64,000 nucleotides of DNA from an uncultured Planctomyces sp. (lineage in GTDB: Bacteria > Planctomycetota > Planctomycetia > Planctomycetales > Planctomycetaceae): assembly GCA_937904325.1 (NCBI GenBank), contig CALGTK010000232.1:1172-65171 (forward strand). Reading direction: 5' to 3'. Position numbers and translations under genes: made by a program. Positions 51,435 through 60,561 of the stretch are shown piece after piece. Within the stretch, counting starts at the first letter, position 1. Each line of letters begins with the position of its first letter. The notes below the pieces were generated by a model, which was given only the letters and a program-made list of their open reading frames with translations, was not told the origin of the DNA and did not search any database.

Positions 51435-51995
51435 CTACTCGCCTGCTTTCGGAGGCTCGATTCCGAAGTCTAGAATCGACAGCAGCGATCGGAATGGCAG
51501 ATTGCGTTCAGCAAAGTTAGCCGCTCCGCCCTGCATGCGGTCGACGATGCCGACAACACAGACGACTTCGCAACCGAATTCCTGAATCCGCTCGCAGGCC
51601 AGAATCGAGCTGCCGCCCGTCGTGACGACGTCGTCGATCACGACGACTTTCATGCCGGGTTCGAGCGGACCTTCGATGTACTTCTGCGTTCCGTGACCTT
51701 TGGCTTCTTTGCGAACCATGACACCAACCAGCGACTGATCCCGCTCCGCGGCAACAGTCAGAACGCCGCCTACAATCGGATCTGCTCCGATCGACATTCC
51801 GCCGATGGCATCGGATTCGACGTCGCTCAACAGGTCCAGCAGACCTTCGCTGACCAGTCGCAACCCCTTGGCGTGCAGGGTGATCTGCTTCCCATCCATG
51901 TAGTAAGTCGACTTCTTGCCGGATACGAGTGTGAAATCGCCAAACTTCAGCGCTCGTTCCTTAAACAGGCCAATGAGTCCTTCACGATCGAACAT
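51435..51995 (-). CDS. pyrE: Orotate phosphoribosyltransferase
   Basis: The sequence includes ALKFGDFTLVSGKKSTYYMD and the PRPP loop VVVIDDVVTTGGS. Confidence 0.95.
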   Translation of the reverse strand: MFDREGLIGLFKERALKFGDFTLVSGKKSTYYMDGKQITLHAKGLRLVSEGLLDLLSDVESDAIGGMSIGADPIVGGVLTVAAERDQSLVGVMVRKEAKGHGTQKYIEGPLEPGMKVVVIDDVVTTGGSSILACERIQEFGCEVVCVVGIVDRMQGGAANFAERNLPFRSLLSILDFGIEPPKAGE

Positions 51996-52237
51996 TCGTC
52001 TTTTCCTTCAGTAATGGCTTCGTCCTGATGCAGAGCCTCATACTGAAACGTTCGGCTGCTGGCAACTAACATTTGATCGAATGCATCTATCTGTTCTGAA
52101 TAGAGCCGTTCTGACATAGAGGGTGGCTGCAAGAGATCTCGTTCTGGATCGATTCCTGCAAGTCCAACACCTTCGCTCGGAAATTCAAACGCGGCAGCCC
52201 GTTGTTTCATCTGAGAAACAACTTCGTAGTACGCCAT
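51947..52237 (-). CDS. Hypothetical acidic 96-aa protein (doubtful)
   Basis: The ORF starts at an ATG. It overlaps the pyrE start by 49 nt and begins 4 nt from the left inverted repeat. I recognise no family. Confidence 0.3.
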   Translation of the reverse strand: MAYYEVVSQMKQRAAAFEFPSEGVGLAGIDPERDLLQPPSMSERLYSEQIDAFDQMLVASSRTFQYEALHQDEAITEGKDECSIVKDSLACLRNER

Positions 52238-52240
52238 TAA

Positions 52241-52402
52241 TTTGCCGCATTAATTCTGGATGGCGAAAACTGGTCCCAAGACTCATCCAGCTCATGCTTT
52301 GCTCCAATAGCCGTCTCAGCGAAGTGCGTACCGGGATCTGACAAACCAGTTCGCTTGAGAATTCGGCAGTCCGTTCTCGCCATCCAGAATCAATGCCGCA
52401 AA
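52241..52402. repeat. 162-bp element bounded by 30-nt inverted repeats (MITE-like, or an intercistronic giant hairpin)
   Basis: The left arm is TTTGCCGCATTAATTCTGGATGGCGAAAAC (52241-52270). The right arm is GTTCTCGCCATCCAGAATCAATGCCGCAAA (52373-52402). They are complementary at 27/30 positions. Confidence 0.6.
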
Positions 52403-52412
52403 TCAGCGTAGT

Positions 52413-53471
52413 TCAGACCTTCTTTAGAAAGCTTAGTCGTCCGGTCGGGATCCACTCCGCCACGATGATATTCCCGTCGTGATCGAAACACGCGTCATGC
52501 GGATGGACGAATCGGCCTGCATGAAATCGTTTCGGCTGGCTGCGAAGTTTGAAGTTGTCAGCGAGAACTTCTTTCGTCCAGTTCTCGTCATAGCCGAGAT
52601 GTGTGATCACGCGATTATTCTTATCGAAAAGTGTGATCCGGGCATGAAGATCCGAGCAAAGCAGAACATCACCCTGAATATCGATGTCCGCCGGAAACGC
52701 CAGTCCATGCACGATACGGATCAGCTTTCCGTCGAGTGAGAAATACTGCAGCCGAGCGTTGGCGCGATCGCAGACCGCGATTTCGGGCTCGCCATCACCG
52801 CGATCGTCCAGCCAGAGTCCGTGCGGGGTTCTCATCTGCCCCGGTCCGGTCCCACCGCCACCCCACGTGCGAACCCAGTTGTCGTTCTTATCGTATTGGT
52901 GAATGAAATTAGAGCCATACCCGTCGGCCATGTAGAAGCCACCGTCCGGGGCAAAGCAGATGTTCGTGGGTGCGAACGGCGTTTTCTTACCGTTGTATTT
53001 TCCGGATTCGACGGGAAATTCTTTCCGCCAGACTTCTTCCCCTTTCAACGTCGTCTTGCAGAAGTAGCCCTTTCGGACGCACGACAAATAAAGAAACTCT
53101 TCGCCGGCGTCACGGCGAATATCGATACCGTGTCCTGCTCCATGATGTTCTTTCCCGAATGATCGAACGCACTTCCCGTCACGATCAAAAACGACAATAG
53201 CGTCGCAAGCTGTTTTCGACTTCGACCGATGTGTTATGTAAACTAACCCTTCGGCGTCCACCGCCGTTCCGTGGGTATCCTGCCACTTAACGGAGTCCGG
53301 CACCTCGCCCCAGTCGTGATGGCATTCGTAAACAAAATCACCTTCTCCAACGATGGCCAGTTTCGATCCTGCTTTATCAGTGGCGTTGAGAAATGCAGGC
53401 GCTACCGCGGAAGCGATGGCTGTGGTCCCTGCTGTCTTCAAGAACGTCCGTCTGCTTGTTGAATGGCTCAT
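52413..53471 (-). CDS. Tat-exported six-bladed beta-propeller (NHL-repeat / PAL-like) protein
   Basis: The twin-arginine signal is SRRTFLKTAGTTAIASAVAPAFL. Repeated propeller-like blades are present (HGLWLD, IAVCDRANARLQYF, DVLLCSDLHARITLF, NIIVAEW). Confidence 0.78.
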   Translation of the reverse strand: MSHSTSRRTFLKTAGTTAIASAVAPAFLNATDKAGSKLAIVGEGDFVYECHHDWGEVPDSVKWQDTHGTAVDAEGLVYITHRSKSKTACDAIVVFDRDGKCVRSFGKEHHGAGHGIDIRRDAGEEFLYLSCVRKGYFCKTTLKGEEVWRKEFPVESGKYNGKKTPFAPTNICFAPDGGFYMADGYGSNFIHQYDKNDNWVRTWGGGGTGPGQMRTPHGLWLDDRGDGEPEIAVCDRANARLQYFSLDGKLIRIVHGLAFPADIDIQGDVLLCSDLHARITLFDKNNRVITHLGYDENWTKEVLADNFKLRSQPKRFHAGRFVHPHDACFDHDGNIIVAEWIPTGRLSFLKKV

Positions 53472-53506
53472 AAGTCTTCCTGCTGAAGTGCCGATTCTCG
53501 CTGAGT

Positions 53507-54973
53507 TTACTTTGCAACTTTCTGCATTAGTTCTCGCAGAACCGCTTCGATCTTGTCTGATGCTTCGATCTCAAGATTGTTCGTACCCATCCACGTTTCG
53601 TAGCCGCCAAGTTCATGCTGGCGTGGTGTTGGCAGGTAGCCGTAGTGACCGTTGGCAAGTTCCATCGTGAATGACGGCTGGAGCGAACTCTGCTTCTTCA
53701 ATCGCAAGCCGATCTCGGTGAAGACTTCGCAGGGGATCGACGTCACACCAACATCGCCCACACGAACGGCCTGCAGAACGATCGCTTCTGTTCCGGGATG
53801 TTCGTGAAGCGCCAACGTGCGATCAGCGTAGGCCTTTGCCCGCATGGGCAGGTTCTTCTCGTCAGGTTCTGCGAGAAACTGATTAGCTCGGGCAACCTGA
53901 TCAGGAGTTGGTTTACGAACCTTCAACGTCAGCTCTTGTTGAGCCATCGACAACGGAACCGACCGCTTGTACTTCACAGCGGGCATAGCCTCGAAGACTC
54001 GTTCAACCAGCCGAGACGCCACTTCCCGGATTCGAACAAACGGCTTCGCCCGTGGTTGAGGATTTGTGAAGTTGATGTTGTTGACGTCGCCGCTGGTTCC
54101 GTTGGACAGAATCCCGACGAACGGCGGCAGAGTGTCTCGTTGCTCGTCCGGAAAGAGTTTCGCTGCGAGCTGATCGGCGAACTCACCAAAGTAATCCGAC
54201 GAAACGCCACCGCCCGGCACACCGCCAACATAATGCAACGAGTAATTTGCCAGGAGCGCTATGGGTCGTCCTTCGTGAGTCCTCACGGAAAGAAAAACAA
54301 CTTCCGGATCAGTTGGTCCGGCTGGACGATCGAGTAGACCGCGACCGCGCGGAGGGTTCATGCGAACGATGTCGGTCGTTTCGCCAAACGGGTTGGGAAT
54401 TATGCCGCCTTCCTTCATGAACCAGCGGCGGTTGTGAACTTCTTCCGGAACCTGACAGGTACCCCAGCCAAGCTCAGCCGGCGCGAGATTATCCGTGGCT
54501 TGCTGAAGCGCGGACACGATTCCACGGGTCATCTGCTCAACATAATGAGCCGGAGCTTCGACGTTACGCCCATTCTTAACTCGAGGCGCCGAGTGAGTGT
54601 GCGTCGCGGCCGTCAGAATATGATCAGCCGGCATGCCGCACAGTTCGGCCGCCCGGCGTTTGGCCTCGTCGAACAAAGTTCTCGGGACCAGGCAACTGTC
54701 GACTGTGACAAATGCCAGCCGGGTCTCAACATTGTCGAGTACCACGGCTCGTGCATTCAGACGATCCCAGGCATGGCCGGCCAGCCGTTTGCTGAACGAA
54801 CCGATCAACTCGACCGGCCACTGCTGCGGCGTGATGTCGGCTGTCGCGGCTCCGGCACGAAGCGGATGCTCTTCGGCTGCCAGGGCAAATGTACCAGAGG
54901 CAACCAGCCCCAGAATTATCAGCGTCATTGCAATTCGGCGATGCACGATCAACTCCTTTTGTTGCTTTGTCAT
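53507..54973 (-). CDS. Neutral/alkaline ceramidase N-terminal-domain-like secreted hydrolase
   Basis: After a signal peptide, the sequence LRAGAATADITP...LNARAVVLDN...LAFVTVDSCLV...ILTAATHTHSAP resembles the neutral ceramidase N-terminal fold. The ATG at 54973 is preferred, since the track start is a TTG at 54988. Confidence 0.65.
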   Translation of the reverse strand: MTKQQKELIVHRRIAMTLIILGLVASGTFALAAEEHPLRAGAATADITPQQWPVELIGSFSKRLAGHAWDRLNARAVVLDNVETRLAFVTVDSCLVPRTLFDEAKRRAAELCGMPADHILTAATHTHSAPRVKNGRNVEAPAHYVEQMTRGIVSALQQATDNLAPAELGWGTCQVPEEVHNRRWFMKEGGIIPNPFGETTDIVRMNPPRGRGLLDRPAGPTDPEVVFLSVRTHEGRPIALLANYSLHYVGGVPGGGVSSDYFGEFADQLAAKLFPDEQRDTLPPFVGILSNGTSGDVNNINFTNPQPRAKPFVRIREVASRLVERVFEAMPAVKYKRSVPLSMAQQELTLKVRKPTPDQVARANQFLAEPDEKNLPMRAKAYADRTLALHEHPGTEAIVLQAVRVGDVGVTSIPCEVFTEIGLRLKKQSSLQPSFTMELANGHYGYLPTPRQHELGGYETWMGTNNLEIEASDKIEAVLRELMQKVAK

Positions 54974-54984
54974 TGAGCGAGGAA

Positions 54985-57159
54985 TCAAGCTTGGGAGTCC
55001 GCTTTAACTTTGCGGTAAAAATACTTGCGAACCAATTCCTGCGACGGAGCTGGGGTTGCCAGCGTCGCGAGATACGTGACCGTGAAGGAAACGAACAGGC
55101 CAATGATGATCGGATCGAAATCCAGCAACCGGTACGGGCGAAAGAACGAATCGTTGACGAACGCACCTGTCGCATACATCGAGAAGTGAGCCGAAAAACC
55201 GGCAAGCATTCCGATCACGCTGCCGTGGACGTTGGACCTCGGCCAGTAAAGCAAAAAGACAACCGGAGCCAGGAAGCACGCCGCCAGCCCGCTGCCGACA
55301 TACACGATGATGTCCTGCAGGAAGTCCGGCGGGTTGATCGCAACGATCATGGCTGCCGAACCGACGATCAGCGTGCAAAGATAACTCAGTTTCTTGATCG
55401 TTCCTTCGCTGGCATTCGGATTGATGTTTCGCTGATAGATGTCGCGAACCATCGCCGATGAGATCATCAGCAGAAAACTGTCGACCGTTGACATGACCGC
55501 TGCAAACGGAGCGGCAATCAGCAAACCACCAAGCCAGGCCGCTCCGATTCCACTTGTCAGGTAGAGAGCAATCTCCGGCATGATACGGTCAGGCTCGGCT
55601 TCCATCCCGGGCACGAGAACTCGAGCACAGCAGAAGATAAATACGAGCGGCACATAGATGCAGGTGTAATAAAGCGCGACGGTAAAGATCGCTCTCCGGA
55701 GTGTCATCGCATCTTTAAACGCCATCAGCCGAACCATGTTGCTCGGCTGGCCAGACCCAGAGATCGCCCACATGAAGAAGAACGAAATCGCAACGCTGAG
55801 CGAGAGAAATCCAACCGAGTCAGTGGCACTCGGCCCTGGCCCTGAAACATAAACTCCCGGAGTATCAGCACCGGATGCATACTTCACGGATTTCGTTGAC
55901 ACATTGACTACCGCCCGGGCCTCAGAGAGTGGCTCAGTGGTGAGCCGACTAGGCCGAATCTCGATCGGAATCGTCACCATTTCATCGCTTGGGAAGACAA
56001 CCCTTGTGACAGTTGTGATGACTCGTTGATCCTCGTCGCCATCAATCGGTATGTTAGTATAAGGTTCTAAAGCCCCCTTATCTTTACCAGCCGGTAACAC
56101 AGCTTTGCCGTATCGAGCGTCAGGGTCAGAAAATCTGGTGACAGTTGCACCGTCAACGAACTCAGATGGTGTTTCTCCGGCAAGAATCCGTTCGACTTCG
56201 GACGGCGTAGTGATTTCCAGAAGTTCGACACCGTAAACCATGGACGTTCCAGGTTCGATCGTTTTCGAAGAAGCGACTCGGAAGACCCGCATTGAGTCGC
56301 CGTCGCTCATCTTCAGCCAGTCTTCTTTATCAAGTTGAGCGATTTCTGAAGTCGAATCATCAAGCTGCACGACTCCGTAGCCACGCATCGGAGGCGTCAT
56401 TTTTGACATCTCCTGGGTAGCTCTGTCGAGACCACCGACGGCGTTGATTGCCAGCGGAAGGAGGATCAGAACGCCGACAACCATGACGACGCCCTGCATG
56501 ACATCGGTCCAGACGACCGCGTGGAAGCCTCCGTACGTCGTGTAAGCGATGACCGCGACGCCGAAGAACAGCAGGCAGACGAGGTACTGACTGTCCGATC
56601 CGAAGAATCCGACTCCGGATGTCCACTCGGCGACGGACAGCGAGAAACTCTTGAAGATTTCGACGTCGTTCAGCAGCACTTTCAGAATCAACGCTCCAGC
56701 CTTGAACTGAGCGACCAGATTGAACGACATGAAAAAGACAATCAGCACGACGGTCAGCAGTCCGAAGCGGGCGCTGTTGAAACGGTCTCTCAGTACGTCG
56801 GGGATGGTGATCGCGCCGGACGCTCGTGCGACCTGGTTGAGTCGTTTTCCGATCAGTCCCATCGTGCATATCGGCACGACCATGTAACTGCCGATCCACA
56901 AGGCGAGCACCCAGCCGTGCGTGTAAATCTTGGCGGGGAAACCGGTGAATGATCCGCCCGACGAACTCGTCGCGGCAAATGTCAGCGCAAAGGCCCAGAC
57001 GCCCAGGCCGCGGCTGCCCAGGAAGTATTCGCTCATGAAGCTCTTCGACTTGAGCAACTGATTCGACAGTGCGGCGATTCCGAAAACCGCCAACGTATAA
57101 ATCGTGAAAGTGACAAGCGCGGCGTTCGAGCCTTCTGCCAGAATGAATAAGTGACTCAT
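54985..57159 (-). CDS. Sodium:solute symporter family transporter (PanF-like) with a large extra-membrane insertion
   Basis: The SSF core reads YFLGSRGLGVWAFALTFAATSSSGGSFTGFPAKIY...GFHAVVWTDVMQG. At 724 aa it compares with about 480-500 aa for canonical members. The start overlaps the upstream stop (TAATG). Confidence 0.9.
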   Translation of the reverse strand: MSHLFILAEGSNAALVTFTIYTLAVFGIAALSNQLLKSKSFMSEYFLGSRGLGVWAFALTFAATSSSGGSFTGFPAKIYTHGWVLALWIGSYMVVPICTMGLIGKRLNQVARASGAITIPDVLRDRFNSARFGLLTVVLIVFFMSFNLVAQFKAGALILKVLLNDVEIFKSFSLSVAEWTSGVGFFGSDSQYLVCLLFFGVAVIAYTTYGGFHAVVWTDVMQGVVMVVGVLILLPLAINAVGGLDRATQEMSKMTPPMRGYGVVQLDDSTSEIAQLDKEDWLKMSDGDSMRVFRVASSKTIEPGTSMVYGVELLEITTPSEVERILAGETPSEFVDGATVTRFSDPDARYGKAVLPAGKDKGALEPYTNIPIDGDEDQRVITTVTRVVFPSDEMVTIPIEIRPSRLTTEPLSEARAVVNVSTKSVKYASGADTPGVYVSGPGPSATDSVGFLSLSVAISFFFMWAISGSGQPSNMVRLMAFKDAMTLRRAIFTVALYYTCIYVPLVFIFCCARVLVPGMEAEPDRIMPEIALYLTSGIGAAWLGGLLIAAPFAAVMSTVDSFLLMISSAMVRDIYQRNINPNASEGTIKKLSYLCTLIVGSAAMIVAINPPDFLQDIIVYVGSGLAACFLAPVVFLLYWPRSNVHGSVIGMLAGFSAHFSMYATGAFVNDSFFRPYRLLDFDPIIIGLFVSFTVTYLATLATPAPSQELVRKYFYRKVKADSQA

Positions 57160-57563
57160 TAGACGCCCTCCTTCGCAACGGATTCGCCGGTTGCCGTTTC
57201 ATTGCCGGCATCACCAGCTTCGGCTAGCTCTTCCGGTGCCACACCAAGATCATCGTTCTTAATAAATCGGAAGCAGAGCCACGTCGTGAACACGTCGGCG
57301 GCCAACCAGGGGCAAACGATACCCCAGAATATCCACGTCGGCATTCCGAATACAGTTGGCACATTTCCCGGAACAATCTCTCGGCCATAGCCCATCATGT
57401 ATGAAACGGGCACGGCCCAGATCATGCAGAGGAACCAGATGCCAAAAATGACGTACGCCTCGCGGCGAGAGTTTAGAAACACCGGGTCGAGTTCGAATTC
57501 TTCCGAACTTGAATTGGAGGAAGGCTCCATTGCGTCTCCTGTTTCTTCAGCGGGCTGATTCAC
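57159..57563 (-). CDS. YhdT/DUF997-like small membrane protein associated with the symporter
   Basis: There are two TM helices (AYVIFGIWFLCMIWAVPVSY and GMPTWIFWGIVCPWLAADVF). Its position immediately upstream of the SSF gene mirrors yhdT-panF in E. coli. The start is a GTG at 57563 or an ATG at 57530. Confidence 0.6.
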   Translation of the reverse strand: MNQPAEETGDAMEPSSNSSSEEFELDPVFLNSRREAYVIFGIWFLCMIWAVPVSYMMGYGREIVPGNVPTVFGMPTWIFWGIVCPWLAADVFTTWLCFRFIKNDDLGVAPEELAEAGDAGNETATGESVAKEGV

Positions 57564-57870
57564 CAGTAATTTTGTCCGACAACGGACTCGGATCTCACAA
57601 CCGACCAGCAGTTGATGAAAAAATCGAGAGATTCAGTGTATCCACCCATCGAAACGGATCAAAACCAGTCAATGCGACGTCAGGCTTGCGGAAGCGACCG
57701 CCAGAAATGTTAAACTGTCGAGACGTGCGAAAACGACTGCCGATACATTCCTGAAAGCACGCCCCACCTGACTCAAAACCTGAACCGGGCCCGTTACCCT
57801 GGCAGATTCATTCAGTGCCCGTCTGCATGAATCATCGTCAGAATCAGTCTTTCCCGTGCGACCCGTTGTC

Positions 57871-60561
57871 ATGACGCAAGCCCTGCTGAAAGTTCGCTGC
57901 CCTCACTGCCGCTTCCGCTTCAAGGTCGAGCTGAAGTACGCCGGTCGCGTTGCGCGATGCCCGCAGGCAGAGTGCGATAGCAAGCTGAGAATTCCGGACA
58001 CTCAACAATCGACTCATACTTCTGACAAGGCACAGACGTCTCGAACACAAGCCGCGACTGAAACTCGCGCTCGACGCAACGCCTCAAAGACAACCCGAAG
58101 TGTGAGCGGCAGGGTGCAAACTGTCCATGATCGCAAACCACAACCCGAAGACCGCTACACACGCCAGGCAAAAACCGATCGTCGACAAAAGACAGTATCC
58201 CCGAAACCTCGCCTGCAGTTCTGGCAGATTGCCACCGGCACCGTTGGACTACTTCTAGCCGTACTGGCAATCCTGTTCGCCCCAAACGGCAACGCGAATC
58301 CCCAGAATAACCTGGTCGCCGGAATCAAAAACCAGACAGAAGAAGCACCGGCACCCGACGTCTTCAAAGAAAAGCTCCACCCGTTCGTCACGAAGTACTG
58401 CGCCGACTGTCACAATGAGGACGATCCGGAAGCCGGGATTAACTTCTCCGCGTACGCAACCGAAGCCAGCATACTGAAAGGCGATGGTCGCAAGTCGTGG
58501 GAAAAGATTCTGGCCATGCTCGAAATTGGGGCGATGCCTCCGGCAGACATGGAGCAGCCACCTTCCGACCTGCGAGACGAACTGGCAGCGTGGCTCGGAG
58601 ACAAACTTTTCAACCTGGACTGCGAACTGATCGACGACCCTGGTCGCGTCACGGTGCGACGCCTGAACCGCATCGAATACCGAAACACGATTCGCGATCT
58701 GCTGGCTGTCCACTTCGACCCCAGAACAAATTTTCCGGCCGACGATGTCGGTTACGGATTTGACAACATCGGAGACGTGCTTTCCCTGTCGCCGCTGCTG
58801 ATGGAAAAGTACCTCGATGCTGCCGAGACGATCACGGCAGACGCACTCCCAGTCGTCACTCCGAACGAGCTTCAACAAACGGTCGAGATCAACCGACTCA
58901 ATTCGAAACCACGAGTGAGCAAGTCGGGTGGATTCCTGACACTCGCCAGCCGAGCCGACGTCTGGGTGGACTACGAAGCGCCTGTTAACGGCGAATACGA
59001 AATCGACGTGCGTGCTAAGGCGAATCAGTTCGGCAAAGAACTGGCAAAGATGGAACTTCGCGTTGACGGAAAAGTCATTAGAACATTCGACGTGAAGGGC
59101 GAAATGAAATCGGATGACTATGTTCATAGAATGCGACTTGCTGCCGGGCGACGCAAAATTCTTGTGACATTTACGAATGACGAATACGTCGCAAAAAAAG
59201 GCGACCGCAATTTATTCGTCGGGCGTTTTACGATCACGCGGCCGGCTGACAAAACAAAACTGAACCAGTTCATTCGGCACTGGCCGAAGCAGGGCAGTGG
59301 AGTTCGCGACGCAGCAACTCAGACGTTAACCCCGTTCGTCAAAAGAGCGTTTCGCGGCCCAGTCACAGACGCAGACGTCAACCGCTTTGTCAACATTGTG
59401 GAGATGGCAACGGACGACGGCGAACTCTTCGAACAGGGAATTCAATTTGCCATGCAGGCCGTGCTGGTTTCACCACGATTCCTCTTCCGAATTGAAACCG
59501 ACGGACGGCCCGACGATCCAATGGCTGAGCGGCCTGTCACCGATTACGAACTCGCGTCACGGCTTTCGTACTTCCTGTGGAGCAGCATGCCGGACGATGA
59601 ACTGTTCCTGCTTGCCGAGCGTGGTTCACTTCGTGACGCGGACGTATTGAAGCGTCAGGTGACGCGCATGCTCAAAGATTCGAAGTCACGAGCGATGGTC
59701 GACAACTTCGCCGGGCAATGGCTTAATCTGGCGATGCTCGACGAAATAGTTCCAGACCCAAATGTTTTCCCGGAGTTCGACATCGACTTACGATACGACA
59801 TGAAGCGTGAATCTCTGCTGCTCTTCGAAGCGATTATGAAAGAAGACCGCAGCCTGCTCGATTTCCTCGACGCCGACTTCACGTTCATGAACGCTCGCCT
59901 GGCCAAACACTACGGCAGGCACGGCGTGACGGGGGAAGAGTTTCAGAAAGTGCCTTTGGACGCCGACCGGCGAGCAGGCATCCTGACTCACGCCAGCATT
60001 CTGACACTGACCAGCAACCCGGAACGCACGTCGCCCGTCAAACGCGGCAAGTGGATTATGGAAAATATTCTCGGGGAGTCACCGCCTCCACCACCTCCGG
60101 GAGTTCCCGAACTCGAAGAAACAGCAAAGAACAATCCGAATTTTACGCTGCGGGAACAATTGAAACTGCACCGAGCCGATCCGGGGTGCGCATCGTGTCA
60201 CAAGACGATGGATGTTCTGGGATTTGGGTTCGAGAACTTCGATGCAACAGGTCGATGGAGAGACAAGGACGGTGGACATGCCATCGATCCATCAGGACAA
60301 TTACCTGGTGGCGTCACATTTGCCGGCCCGACGGAACTGGTCAACGTGCTGAAGAACCGCCGAGCGGACTTCGCTCGCTGCCTGTCTGAAAAGATGCTCA
60401 CCTACGCGCTTGGACGCGGTCTTGAGTATTATGATCGCTGTGCGACTACAGAGATTCTTCAACGACTCGATGCAAACAACTATCGCTTCTCGGAACTCGT
60501 GCTCGGGATTGTGTCCAGCAAACCGTTCCAGAAACGTCGCGGAGACGGAGAACGAGAATGA
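57871..60561 (+). CDS. Planctomycete PSD-type protein (DUF1585/1587/1588/1592/1595 architecture) with heme c motif and N-terminal zinc ribbon + TM anchor
   Basis: The motifs are CPHC...CPQAEC (zinc ribbon), a TM helix (IATGTVGLLLAVLAILFA), CADCH (heme c), LSYFLWSSMPDDELF, FAGQWL, TSPVKRGKWIMENILGESPPPPPPGVP and CASCHKTMDVLGFGFENFDATGRW. Confidence 0.88.
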   Translation: MTQALLKVRCPHCRFRFKVELKYAGRVARCPQAECDSKLRIPDTQQSTHTSDKAQTSRTQAATETRARRNASKTTRSVSGRVQTVHDRKPQPEDRYTRQAKTDRRQKTVSPKPRLQFWQIATGTVGLLLAVLAILFAPNGNANPQNNLVAGIKNQTEEAPAPDVFKEKLHPFVTKYCADCHNEDDPEAGINFSAYATEASILKGDGRKSWEKILAMLEIGAMPPADMEQPPSDLRDELAAWLGDKLFNLDCELIDDPGRVTVRRLNRIEYRNTIRDLLAVHFDPRTNFPADDVGYGFDNIGDVLSLSPLLMEKYLDAAETITADALPVVTPNELQQTVEINRLNSKPRVSKSGGFLTLASRADVWVDYEAPVNGEYEIDVRAKANQFGKELAKMELRVDGKVIRTFDVKGEMKSDDYVHRMRLAAGRRKILVTFTNDEYVAKKGDRNLFVGRFTITRPADKTKLNQFIRHWPKQGSGVRDAATQTLTPFVKRAFRGPVTDADVNRFVNIVEMATDDGELFEQGIQFAMQAVLVSPRFLFRIETDGRPDDPMAERPVTDYELASRLSYFLWSSMPDDELFLLAERGSLRDADVLKRQVTRMLKDSKSRAMVDNFAGQWLNLAMLDEIVPDPNVFPEFDIDLRYDMKRESLLLFEAIMKEDRSLLDFLDADFTFMNARLAKHYGRHGVTGEEFQKVPLDADRRAGILTHASILTLTSNPERTSPVKRGKWIMENILGESPPPPPPGVPELEETAKNNPNFTLREQLKLHRADPGCASCHKTMDVLGFGFENFDATGRWRDKDGGHAIDPSGQLPGGVTFAGPTELVNVLKNRRADFARCLSEKMLTYALGRGLEYYDRCATTEILQRLDANNYRFSELVLGIVSSKPFQKRRGDGERE

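Noticed and set aside
56360-57214. A 284-aa same-strand alternative-frame ORF inside the symporter gene
   Set aside because: It has extreme Arg/Gly/His composition and no motifs. The overlapping SSF frame has unambiguous transporter signatures.
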